From Lama glama (taxonomy: Eukaryota): a stretch of DNA of 64,000 bases. Positions 40,020-51,970 of the stretch are shown piece after piece. The stretch lies in the NCBI GenBank assembly GCA_028534125.1, contig CM052827.1, positions 67,828,001 to 67,892,000 of the forward strand, read 5' to 3'. The notes beneath the pieces were generated by a model. The model was not told where the DNA came from. It worked only from the letters and a program-made list of their open reading frames with translations, and made no database searches. The position numbers and the translations under genes are program-made. How positions within the stretch are numbered: position 1 is the first letter of the stretch; each line of letters begins with the position of its first letter.

Positions 40020-40190
40020 CTGTAGTTTTCCAAGGTGGTCGCTTGACCAGTGGCATCAGCTTCCCTTGAGATTTTCAGAGCTTCAGACTCTTGGGTCCTA
40101 CACCAGACCTGCTGAATCAGAAACCCTGGAAGTGGGGCCCAGAAATCGGTGTTTTAACAAGCCCCTCAGGTGATTCTGATGTACACAGAT
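40020..40190. mobile_element. MER5A DNA transposon
   Basis: ccagacctgctgaatcagaaac...ggggcccagaaatc..ttttaacaagcccctcaggtgattctgatg. Confidence 0.8.
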
Positions 40191-41330
40191 AATCCAGATC
40201 AGACTTAAAGGAGTTTGAAAACCTCATAATCCTTTAAGACCTTAAGTTTTTTGTGTCTTATAATGGCTTCTAATCTTGTACATATGAGTAAAGTCACAGA
40301 GTTCTATAAGCATGAATTTTGCTCTTATTCCCTAGATCTTTGGCATTTTTCCAACAATCCATGGTTTCTGAAAATACCGTCAGGTGATTAATATGTTTAT
40401 CAGCCAACACCATGCGTACAGCTATATTCAGCATAAAATATGAATTACAAAGGAGGTAGCACCGTTCGGGGTCGGGTAGAGGGACGTCATCCCCACGTTC
40501 GACTGGAGAGGGGGCACCTCCGTCGTCTGGCAGACCTGATTTCTGACAGGTTCTTCTCCTCCTTCCCGTGCAGATGTTACCATCACTCTCTTGCCCTTCC
40601 AGCCAGCATGGTTTTCGTTTTTTCCCTCCTCCTTCACATTTTAACCTAGGAAACTACTCATTTATTTTGTTTTTTCTTGTTTCAGCAAAGTTAAGTTTTC
40701 CTTAACTTGGCTTTCCTGCTGCAAATTATGGTTCATTTTAAAAGCGTGGATGCTGGAAAAAGCTTCCAAGAAGCCCTAGTGTCGCATTATAGAACCAGGC
40801 CTTTCATTTTGAGCTGTCTTTCTACACATGCATGGAGATCTCAAGTCTTTCTTACTGCATCACAAATAGGGTTTATGAATAACTCATGATCCCAGTATTT
40901 TTAACAGAAAGTTCTCCTATGACAGATTTGGAAAGCTGAAAAGTTCTACGAAACTTTCTAAGTACTTAAGGCTTTTCCAAAATGAACACAAGCTCTGTCA
41001 TAACTAGTTAATTAGTTAAAAATACTTCAACTCTGATGGTTACATAAAAAAAAAGGGAAAGAGAATAAAGAGAACATTTGTTGATCAACTACTGTGTGCC
41101 AGGAACTGTGCCAAAGGCCTATCCATTTTCTCATAAAACCTCCTTGACAGCTTGTGAGTTAGATTAAAAACTGATGCTCAGTGCTCTGAAAACTTGTCTG
41201 GTGGGTGGTAGTCAGGCCAGCTCAGGACACTCAGCATGACTTAAAGTCCATTATCTTTACTTACATCACACACTGTAACAGCAGATGCTTGAAAGCCTGG
41301 CCAAACAAAGGGAAGAGTGGAGTTACTTAC

Positions 41331-43469
41331 GTTGTTGTTGGTCACAGCAAAGTACTGCAGATTACTCAGATACTGGATTTCTTCTGGAATGAAGGTCAGG
41401 TGGTTGTAGCTTAGATCCAGGTAATGTAGTTTGGTGCACAGGAAAAGCTGCAGGGGCAGATTCTCTATGTTGTTATGGTCCAGAAAGAGCTGCTCGAGAT
41501 TAGATAATGCCCCGATCTGTGCAGGAATATAAGCGATGTTATTGTGCCACAACTTCAAGCAGGAAAGATTCTGCAGATGCTGAAAGCTAATGATCTCTTC
41601 CACAGTTTTAAGGTTATTTTCTCTGAGGTCTAACTCATGCAAATTGTTCAGGCTGAAGATGGAGTGTGGAATGCGTTCCAGGTCACAGCTGATCAGCTCC
41701 AGGCTTTTCAGATGGACCATCTTTTTCAAGTTGTTCAACACAACCAGTTTGCTTCCCTCATTATCGAGAGACAACTTCTGCAGCGAAGGCAGGAGGTCTG
41801 TGATGACTTGTGGGATCCGGGAGAGGCTGCTCTTCAAGTAGAGGGTCCTCAGGTTTTTCAAGTCCTGGAAGCCCTCCAGCTGCATGGTACTCACCTGCTC
41901 AGGTAGAACACAGCCTGACAGGTAAAGTTCCTTGAGATTCTTCAGGTGGAACACCCAGCGGGGAATTTTCCCCATTTCAGTAAATTTCAGGCGGAGGACT
42001 TTTAAATTCTCCTCTAGGAAGGCCAGGGCGGGATGGTCGACCACCAGAGATGAATGGTACACGTGGAGCTCCTTGAGGTTGACCAGCTGCGAGACTGCGG
42101 AGGGCAGCTTGACCTCAGGGATCAGCTCCAGGCTGAGCACTTCGATTTCAGTCAGCTCGAAGACGTTGTCTGGAAGACCGTTTAGCATGAAAAGGTGCAG
42201 CTCTGCCTTGTCCTGGGAGTTCTTCACAAGCTTACTCTTCAGTTTCTCAACCGTCCACTCGTTGTTGAGGTTGATCTGCTTCAGTTTGTTCTCGCTGACC
42301 TCCGACAGGAAGATGGAGAAGCGCTTGGAGTAAAGAGGATCGTACTGGTCAGCCAGGTGCAGGATGAAGGCGAAGTCATTCTTGACGTCCGGGATGTCAC
42401 TGTAGTTGCTCTTCTCTCGCAGCGCCTCAAAGGAGTACTGCTTCAGAGAACTCCGCAGCATCCACCACAAGCTGTACGAGGAGGTGAGGCCGTAAAGGAT
42501 AACCAAGATGACGTAAAACGAAGCCAGGACCTTAAATATCTCTGCCAAGGAGTAGACGCACTGGTAGCGCTTATACCCCGTGAAAGCCTGCAGGTCCACC
42601 GAGCAGTCGATTTCAAGGGCGATGTAGGTTAAAAAGTACGGAACGTACGTGATGATGAGGACAAACAGAATGACCTTGACGATGATCTGCTTCAGATACA
42701 CTCTGTAAATGATGTCCTTCTGCTCCACATGCGTGCGGAACCTTTTCACTTTTTCAAAGATGGCTTTGGCCTGTTCGCCCTCCTTCTTGTCCAGGACGCT
42801 AGAGGCCGGGCTTTCTAAGCCGGCTGACTCCAAGCCAGGCTGCGGGAAGGGCAACGGCTGCTTGTTGGAATCGACGTCGGCTGAGCACCCTGAGGACGAA
42901 AGCAAAACCTTGGACTTGGAGAGTGTCAGGGGTCGCCCTGACTGCTCGGCCACCGTTTCCGACAGAGCTCGGGTGGTCCATGGGGAATCGAAGCACTTGT
43001 GCAGGATGGCCACAAAGTGCTCGAGCCGGGAACTGGTGCTGGGGTAGTGAAGCCAAAAGTTGCTGCAGGCTGCAAAGATGAGCGTGTGCAAGAGCACCAG
43101 GTAGGGGAAGAACTTTGCAAACCAGTGGAGCTGCTTCTCATAGCAGACAGCGTCGATGTAGGCATACTGCTGTCGGTGGAGGTCATTCTGGATTCTGAGG
43201 GGGAGTGGAGGCGGTGGCCCAGGATCGGAGGACGCGTTCATGCTGGCTTTCAGGACGTTCCAAGGCACAGCACAGTGATTGTCGAACTCCACCTTACATG
43301 GGAGACAGCACAGAACCCTGCTCTGTGTCAGCTGGAGGGCTCCAGCCAGCACGGCCACCAGCAGCATGATCAGGGTGATATAATACCAGAAGACATCCCA
43401 CCACGGTTTCAGGATGTGATAACATGACTGGGCGTCTGCTAAACATTTTAGCTCTGTTAGTGTAATCAT
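41331..43469 (-). CDS. LRRC8B: LRRC8B coding exon 1 (aa 1-713): N-terminus, 4-TM pannexin-like pore domain and most of the LRR domain
   Basis: ORF starts MITLTELKCL..LKPWWDVF and carries LRRC8 family motifs (DAVCYE.LHWFAKFFPYL, KCFDSPWTTRALSE, LDKKEGEQAKAIFEKVKRFR, DIPDVKNDFAFILHL) followed by LRR repeats. Acceptor ttttcttttactttcctcttccAG at 43497-43496 leaves 26 nt of UTR before the ATG. Donor AAC|GTAAGT at 41330. Length 2139 nt = 713 codons, phase 0. Confidence 0.97.
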
Positions 43470-45980
43470 GACTTCCCCTTGTAGGAGTACAGAAGCTGGA
43501 AGAGGAAAGTAAAAGAAAAACTACTGAAGCAGGTACCCCAAGTAAGCTGAAACTCTAAAGCTGATGCACGTCCACGCAGGACTCAGCTCAGGGGCAAGTC
43601 TTGGGAGGCAGGGCTGATGACCAAGAGGCAGGAGAGCCTTCTGGTTTCATGTGAAACCTCAGGCCATCCCTCTGTGTGCTACACAGCCCCTCAGGTGAGA
43701 CACATTCGGTGCCGGCCAGGCTGCATCTGCAAAGGTATTTGGTGCAGGACATGGAGCAGCTACCTCGTTTCCTCCTGGAGCGCCACTCCATGCTAAGCTA
43801 TTAAAAACCGGAGGCCAAATTTTCTTCAATCAACATGAGGAAAACTTGTTTTTATGCCACTAACTTCTAACAGCCACGTTTTGTACCTTCCAAACGATCT
43901 GTGTAAGCTCTTTCTCACGCCCCACTCACTTGTCTGGAGCATCGGTCACAGCCCCAGAGCTGTGTTCCCACCACTACAAGAACTTCCTTTGAGCCAACAC
44001 TGCTTCATAAAATTATCCCCTAGCGTTTGAGTGATTTATCAATTGTATGGTCAGAACAAACTGTGACTTAATACATTACCTCCTTTCCCCTCCAAGCTCT
44101 TGCTCCGTCACTTAAGTTCACATCCAACTTAGAATATTTAAAAGCTGACACACACAGCTGACAGCTTAAAAATGGGTGGGGAAGGAGGCCCCAGTTACGA
44201 CTCCCCCATGGGGACTCTCTCACGTTTAACGGCTCGATGGCAAAGCACTAATAAGATAAATGATCAGGGCACATGCTATTATTAAAGTATTTTTGCCTTT
44301 AGAAAAACAAGGTGGATTTTGCACTTTCACGTCAAAAAGTACTCAGACAATGCTCTTTACAGAAATGATTCATGTAGTGTTCAGCCTTACATATATCAAT
44401 TGTTTAAAAAATTGCTAGCTAGTAAAATCCAGACCATCTATAAGATGGCACAGATTAAGACAGATAAAAGAAAATATTTGGATCTAGTAACAATTCTGGT
44501 AAAAATTGCAGCAGCATGGTCGTCTTTTGCTGGTGGTCCAGCTCCAAGCTTGGCTCGAGGGCTTCTCTTGCACTTTTTTGAGTCTGAAGTCTTAACCTTC
44601 CTGGGTCTGAGTTTCTCTCTCTGGACGCCCTAGTACTGGGAGCACCCCCAAGGAAGACTTTCTGCTCTCACCAGTCCCCCTCCGAGGGCCTGGTGTCCTG
44701 CCTTTGACCCTAGAATCCCATGACAGAGGCCCTGGGACCTGCGAATACGCATCTTCTCTTTTGCTAGCCAGTCCGAGCATGCTCCTGACCACCTGACCCT
44801 GAGCCCTAACTCTTCATGCAGTCCCCTAACAAGGGCACCCCCTGATCCTGACCTTACCTGCTGGCCTGGGGCACCACCGTCCAGCTGTATTCTCACTGGG
44901 CACCAGCATGTCATATGGATTCAACTTCCTCTTAGGACACATGGCTTGAATAAGTAACTCTCCAGGGCACCTTTACTTTAGTTTGGTGGGTCTAGCTCTT
45001 AACTTCCCCCCTCTGCCTCACCCCACTGCAGTTAGTCATAACTGCGTGTGAAGACAAGACAAGACAGAAGCAAGAGGATTGTAAGAGACAACAGAAAATC
45101 CTGGACTAGGACCCCCAAATACTATAAACACGACGGGAGGAAAGGATGGCAAAAAACACTGCTGGAGGAACATGTGAGAAGTATCTAGGGGTCTCAGGTG
45201 ACATAAATGCATCCTTTAGGCTAACTGTGTCACAGCTATGTGCTGTATTTATGCTGAAAAGAGTTATGGCATGACTCATAGCATTACACGAGCCCAGTAA
45301 AGGGGCAACAGTCCTTCTGTGCCCAGCTGGTGAGACCGTACCTGGCACCCAGCATGCAGTCATAGGGTTAAAGACTAAGTGGGCAATAAGGTAATCAGGA
45401 GCGACCTGCCTACGAACCATTTCCTACAGAGGAACACAGGCACTTGACGGAGGAACACATGCACTTGAAGATATTCAGCTGAGATAAAAGATGACTGGGG
45501 AACCTGAGAATTTGTCTTTCCATCTTGCAGTGCTACCTCTTGGATTAAAGAATAAGTGGAATTCTTCCAGAGGCAGAACGAGGTGGGCGCTCATTTTAGA
45601 AGTGACATTTTGATTCAGTCTGTAGCAGAGCATCCGTAGAACTGACTCCTCCGCGGAGTAGCGGAGGCCCTTCTCCCGACTGGGGCGGAGCTGAGTAAGA
45701 TGACCATCCACCAGGGAGGCCGCAGAGGGATTTCTTGCAACGGATAAGAGGGTGAACGGGACCATCGCCACGGGCTCTGGCAGCTCAAAGCTCAGGGCTT
45801 CCTGTGTAATCTCAAAGGTCCTGAGAGTTAAATTCATGTAAGAGCCACAACTGAAATTATGGAAGAATGTAAACAGAAATGGCTCTGACAACAAGGGTGA
45901 CAAGACAGTGAATATTCATCCACCAAAGGACATAAGTCAACACTGGCCAAGATAAAAATACTTCAAATGCTTACACTTAC

Positions 45981-46082
45981 TATGGTGAGGAAAATGAACC
46001 CGAGACGTTGACTGTTCTTCAGTCAGGAGGCCTACACCTTTTGAAACTTCTGAGACACACCATCTCTGTGATTGTCTTCACT
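45981..46082 (-). other. LRRC8B: Probable LRRC8B 5'UTR exon (102 nt)
   Basis: Acceptor ctatgctttctcatAG (46084-46083) and donor ATA|GTAAGT (45980). Non-repetitive, 2.5 kb upstream of the coding exon. Confidence 0.6.
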
Positions 46083-47979
46083 CTATGAGAAAGCATAGGT
46101 AACTTGAAATAGCTGTGGGTGTTCAAACAAACAAAGCTGGAGACACTATCCTCAGAGACCCTCTCCATCGCAAAACTTCACATGGCAGGTGGCTTTTTCA
46201 TAGACCAGCTTACTTTTCGTGTTGGGGGACATTCTGGCAAAGGTGTATAGACAGGACCCCACTCACAAACAGATCACACACAGCCCCTGAACTCCCTTAA
46301 CTTACAGAGAAGTTTCTACAGAAATTTAGACATTAATGTATTTCAAAATGCTGTGTCTACAACACTTAGATGAACACGTGGCTTTCTCAAGTAGATTATG
46401 TATGTCAAGTTCTCTCACTTGGTCCTCACACACAGTTGCATTTATCAGATGGCCTGTCAAACCATATAATTTTTGAACCTTACCATCCATCCATCCAAAT
46501 AAGACCCAATGCTCCTAAAACTTAGCCTAGTGACTCATCAGATAGTTACAAGTTAATAACTTTTTAAGACATAGTCCCAAAATATGGCTGAAATTCTCTG
46601 AAATTATATTATTAAATACAGCTACACCCTTTGTACTGGGCTTTTGGTTTTTACCTTGTAGGTGAATAAAAGCCATTCTTAGCATCTACTTAAACAATCA
46701 TTTGCAGTAGTCTAAATTACACATATATTGACTAGTTTGAAATGTGAAAACATTCTAAAACATGAAAAAATTTTTTAGCTGGGTATGAAAATTATATGTT
46801 TAGTCCCTATGTAATCTCTGAAAAACTGCTGGGAAGTTCTATAAATTTGGCTGAAGATACAATCCTTTTTTGGTTTATTAAGTACTTGAAATCCAGCTCA
46901 GAGTACTGACCCCAAATTGTATTTAAGGTATTTTTAGCAGTATTCTTGTAACTTTGTCATTTTCAAAGATCAAAAAGTTAGCTTGTCTGAAATGTACTTT
47001 GGATTTACCAATCCATGTGTAAAGCCTGCTTTATAATTACCATCCAGTATCAAATTATTTTGCAAGCCAGAAAGCACAGTTAGTGTGTGACAACCCAGCT
47101 ATGTACTAGTTCATACTTGGCGCCACTGGAGTATGAGTTTCTTGTTCACAACTCATTTTTGAAAGGCTTACAACATATGATACATAACTGCATTTATGTG
47201 TAGTAAGCATGATAAAGACATTCACTGTGTGAAACATTTACATATTTCCCACTGCACTGCATCTGTAATGAGCCGGGGAGAATTTATTGCCTAATTCCAG
47301 CATGCTACCAGGCCATCATGATCACTTCCTGCACAATACAGTTTCCCTTAAATACTGCAAATACACTTTTCTGCTTTAAACATGGTATTTCTAGGAAAAG
47401 AGAGAGTCACAAGCCAACTACAGTAATATTTTAAAATAATCATAATGAGAAACTTCTGCAACTAACCTGTCAGAGAACCACAGCTGAGGACAGGCTCGCC
47501 ATATCTATTCTAACCAAAAATTTTTCTAAAGAATGTTTCTTGTTCACCTTTTTAAGAATTATTTTTAAAAAAGAATTATAAACTTTTCCTCTAATCACCT
47601 AGTTCACATTCCCTTTGATGATTTCCTTGTCAACAAGAAAGCAAATAAAAATCTATTATTAATAATCTAATGTCTGTTTTTCTATTTTCAAAGCACTTTC
47701 ACTACATTAGTTTCATGCCAACAACAAACCATTAAGATAAATATTATTCTTCACACATTTCATAAACATGGAAAATAAGGCAGGCCCAAAGGAGCTATCT
47801 TGTCCAAGGTGACAAGCCTGGCAAGAAATAGTTACAGCTAGAACTTAGGTCCTCCAGCTCAAATCTCCAGCCTTGTGCACACTAGACCACGCTGTCTCAT
47901 TCAGTTAACTATGCCAGTCTGAGTTCTCTCAAAAACTAAAGAGAAAGCTGAATATTTAACTCTATTCCCTAATTACAAT

Positions 47980-48285
47980 ATACTGAATGTTTGCATCCCT
48001 ATAAAATATATATTTTAAAATCCTAATCTCTAAAGTGATAGTATTAGGAGGTGGAGCTTTGGGAGGTGATTAGGTCCTGAGAGTGGAGCCCTTGTGAATG
48101 GGATGAGGGCCCTCACAGAAGAGACCCCGGACAGCGCGCCTGCCCCTTCCACCACGTGAGGACACAGCAAGAACGCGGCCATCTGGGAACTAGGAAGTGA
48201 GCCCTCATCAGACACGGAGTCCGCCAGCACCTCGATCCCAGGTCTCCCAGCCTCCAGAAACTGTGAGAGATAAATGTGTGCTGAA
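47980..48285 (+). mobile_element. MaLR MLT1A/B-like LTR
   Basis: gtattaggaggtggagctttgggaggtgattagg...ccagcctccagaaactgtgagagataaatgt. Confidence 0.8.
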
Positions 48286-49364
48286 GGGATTAAGACATCA
48301 GCTTACCCCCACATCTGCATTATAACTGCTTCCATTTTAACCTTTTGAAAGACCAGGACACAAATAAACAGCTTTCTGCAGTGTCTCCAGTTACATAGTA
48401 TATAATCTGCTTTCTCAGCTAAACTTTTTCTACTAAACATTTCCCACTGAACTACCTAAGACTTTATATAAATATGTCTGAATTTAATGATGTATGAAAA
48501 GATTCAAGCATTTCTATGTATTAAATGTTAATTTTCTAACTGAAGTGTTTAACTGGAGAATTAGAACATAGCTCTCCTTTGTCATTACAAAATTTAATAC
48601 CGTTTGTGTGTCTAGGGAATTTTTTCCAGACAATATTTTGGCAAACAATGAGAATTCAATCCGAATCAGATCTCTATTTCTAATATACCAATGCACTAAA
48701 TCAGTTCAAAGAAACAATGTTAAAAGTAAAGGATTTTATGGTCCTAATTCCATTCCTTTAACTTTTAAACCTCATCAAAAAATCATAAAAGCTTTCAAAG
48801 CACATGAATTCATTTGGCAATCTCCCCCCCACATAGTCTCTAAGACTGAACAACAACACTCAAGTTAGCCGACCTTCACTTCCCACTAGTCCTTATTTTA
48901 CTTTGAAAGCATTTCCAAAATAACCAGTGAAAAAATAAACAAATGATGATCAGATGGCATTTAGAGTCATTATATGCTGAGATCCGGATGCCACTTCAAA
49001 GGTCTCTGCCTCTGGCCCCAGGCAGGGATACAGCCAAACAATTCAAAATGGGGTTTCTCTATATCACCATTGAAAATTGATTTAAAAATCACCTTATATC
49101 CTTTCAAAATGCTTAGTCCTACTTCTCATCAAGATGTTTCTTGGGTTTAACATACACCTAACTGAAGTTTACACTCACCTCTGTGAGTTCTCTCGCTGGG
49201 AGACAATGTGTTATATCCAGGACTAATTTGCTCCTTTTCTTTGTATTAAATAACCCCCAAACCTTCATCAGAAATCTGAAGACAATCATTTAGCATTTCT
49301 CCAGCACTTGAATGATCAATTAGCAAGACACTGATTTTGAGGTCTAGAAGAGAACTAGGCCATC

Positions 49365-49715
49365 CAGTAAAGGGTTTCTCTAACATCAATGCTCGTGAAT
49401 CACTGGAGAGCCTGTGCAGTCGAACACAACGAGCCCCTCTGGGCGTTTCTGACTCGTAAGAGCTGGAAGAGGCCCGAGAATGCGCATTTCCAACAAACCC
49501 TGAGTCGGCATTGATGCTGCTGGCGCAGAGGTCACTTTTTGAGAATCGCAAATCTAAGACAGTGGTTCTCAATTCTGGCTTCACGTTAGAACCAGCTGGG
49601 GCACTTTTACAAGAAACTGAAACTCGGGTGCCGCTCCTACAGAGCACTTCAATTGGTCTAGGTGAGGCCAGACTTTTTTTCCCCCAACTTCCCCAGGAGA
49701 AGAGGCTCACAAGAC
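49365..49715. mobile_element. Two adjacent MER5-family elements
   Basis: MER5A-like 49365-49555, then a second element starting cagtggttctcaa at ~49560. Confidence 0.6.
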
Positions 49716-50299
49716 AGACTGGCAACAGAGTATCTGGGGAAAGCGCCTACCTTTTAAGTCTTCCCAGAAGTTTCAGGTGTCTAGAGCACACACACCCCCT
49801 CCCCGCCACAGACCACGAAGTAACAGCTACCGCCAACCACACTTCAGAGACTCAGGCCTGTGAGGCAGTGGGACAGCGAGTTGCTGAGCTGCAGAGAGTT
49901 GCAGGATGGGTTTAAGGAGGAAGGATCAGAAATAGGGGGCCAGCTGAAAGGCTATTTCAGCCATGTCGGCCAGAGATGATATGGCAACACTTTGTAATAT
50001 ATTTGAAAAGAAAGCAGTAAATGAAATGATCACTGTAAATAAAAATTCAACACCATTAGCAACATCAAATATCCAAAGAGAGGGCCATGGAGAAGCAGGG
50101 TTTAAAAGGGCTCTGATTCAGATCCTAAGGTATTATGGTACCTTCCATAGTTTCTGGCACGTGGTGTACAATAAACACAGCTGAACACACAAAAAGCAGA
50201 AGGCAGAAGAAAGTACGTTCACGCCTTAGGCAGGGTGTATCTAAGGTGATTAAGCCTCTCCCTGGAGAGGCTAGAACTCAGAAGCATATAGATGGGAAG

Positions 50300-51970
50300 G
50301 ATTTTGGCTAACTGGTCTGCATATTCCAAACCTTAGTGGCTTAAAAGTAGTTTTATTTCTTGTGATTCTGTGGGTGGTTCTTTCACCTCGTGGTGTTGGC
50401 TGGCACAAAGAAGGCCCAGATGTCCTCACTCGCCAGGCTGGTAGTTGGCTCTGACTGCTGGCTGGAACTTCACCTGAGACTCTTCTTGGCGGCTCGAGTG
50501 TCCTCACGTAGCCTGGGGTTGGGTTCTACAGTGGTGCACTCCGAGCAGAGAGGTGAAAACTGCAGGTTTTTTATGGCACAGCCCCCAAAGCTACACAGTG
50601 CCAGCTCTGCCACATTCCACCAGTCACAGGGTTCAAGGGGACAGGAAGCAAACGCCTCCTCCCCGCGGGAAGACGACGGGGGCGTGCGGCCATGTTGGAT
50701 CCACCACAGTCTCTGCCCACAGATGACTTACCATTCTCCCACATGAAAGGCCTCACCCTCTCCGCAGCCCTCCAAGAGCTTCATCTCACCATGGCGTCAA
50801 GTTCAGCTTGAAGTCTAGGATCCTGTGCTCTCAGTCACGTCCAGGATGCTGCGGGACAACACTCTTCAGGTTCTGTCTAACAGGGAAGATCCAGGAGGCA
50901 CTGCCTTAAAGCCTTTTGAAGTCTTAATGCAGGGTCCTGCACCCGTGCCCTGGCGTTCATTCGAACCTTAAGACCGAGTTTTACTGCACGAGCGCTCTGG
51001 ATCTGTTCTTTCAACTTGAGGCCATTTCTTACTTTGGGTCCCTTTTGCTGGGTGGAGAAGCTAGGAACAAGAAACAGCTTCATCCATGACCCCAGAAAAT
51101 TCTGGACTGGAAACGTATCTTCTAAAATCTACTTGAAATCTGAACCGTTTCTTCTTTAATTAACCTCTCTCTTACAATATTTTGGGCATAAGTGGTCTAA
51201 AAAAGTCAGCTGGTACTTCTAATATTCTGCTGGAAAATCTAAACCAGAACCACAAATTCATTAGGTTCATTTTCCGTTCTCCACGTTACTGTGGGTGTCA
51301 ATCTTGTCAATCTTCCCGTCAGTACACAACCAGGGAACCACTTCACACCCTCCAACAGCAACTTCCTCACTGCCCTTCCAGCCACCATTAACAGTCTTCT
51401 CACTTCCCCTCCAGGTTCACCACCGTCTGGTCCCAAAGCCAGTGCCACATGTTTTGTTACAGCAGAACCTCACTTCTAGGCACCAATTTTTGTTTTGGCT
51501 CTTTATTGCTATGTAACAAACCATCCCCAAACTTGGCAGCTAAAATAACCATTCATCATTTCTCATGATTCTGTGGGATGATGAGGCAGTTCTTCTGTTT
51601 CACATGGTGTTGGCCGGAATGTTGGGATGGCTGGACGGTCCAAAATCACAGGGCTGCTGTTTCAGCTGGCTGCTGGCCTGAACTCAGCTTGAGCGAGTGG
51701 CCAAGCGCCGGCCGCCCTTCCACATCGCTGGTTAGGCTCTCTCACAGCCAGGTGGCTCAGCTCTAAGCAGGAGCAGCTGCAAGCACCGGAAGGCAGAGGC
51801 TACAAATCTCCTGAAGGTCCAGCCTTACGAATTACTCCACACCATTTCTGCCACACTTGATGGGTCAAAAAGGTAACAGGGCCAGGGCAGATGCACAGGA
51901 GGGGAAACAAGACTCTACCTCTTCATGGGAAAAATCACGAAGCATTTGCAGCCATCTTCAGTCCACCACT
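50300..51970 (-). mobile_element. MaLR (MLT1G/H-like) proviral relic: LTR - internal - LTR
   Basis: Two diverged direct repeats (~50300-50710 and ~51490-51970) share tgattctgtggg..ttct..tggtgttggc and gcca-t..tccaccac, flanking MLT-internal-like sequence. Confidence 0.7.

Noticed and set aside
41590-43427. Plus-strand ORFs antisense to LRRC8B
   Set aside because: Shadow ORFs produced by the codon bias of the real gene; no recognisable domains.
41241-43469. 742-aa ORF as the complete LRRC8B protein
   Set aside because: The last 29 aa are intronic. A consensus donor at 41330 splices to the exon at 34676 to give the 803-aa protein.
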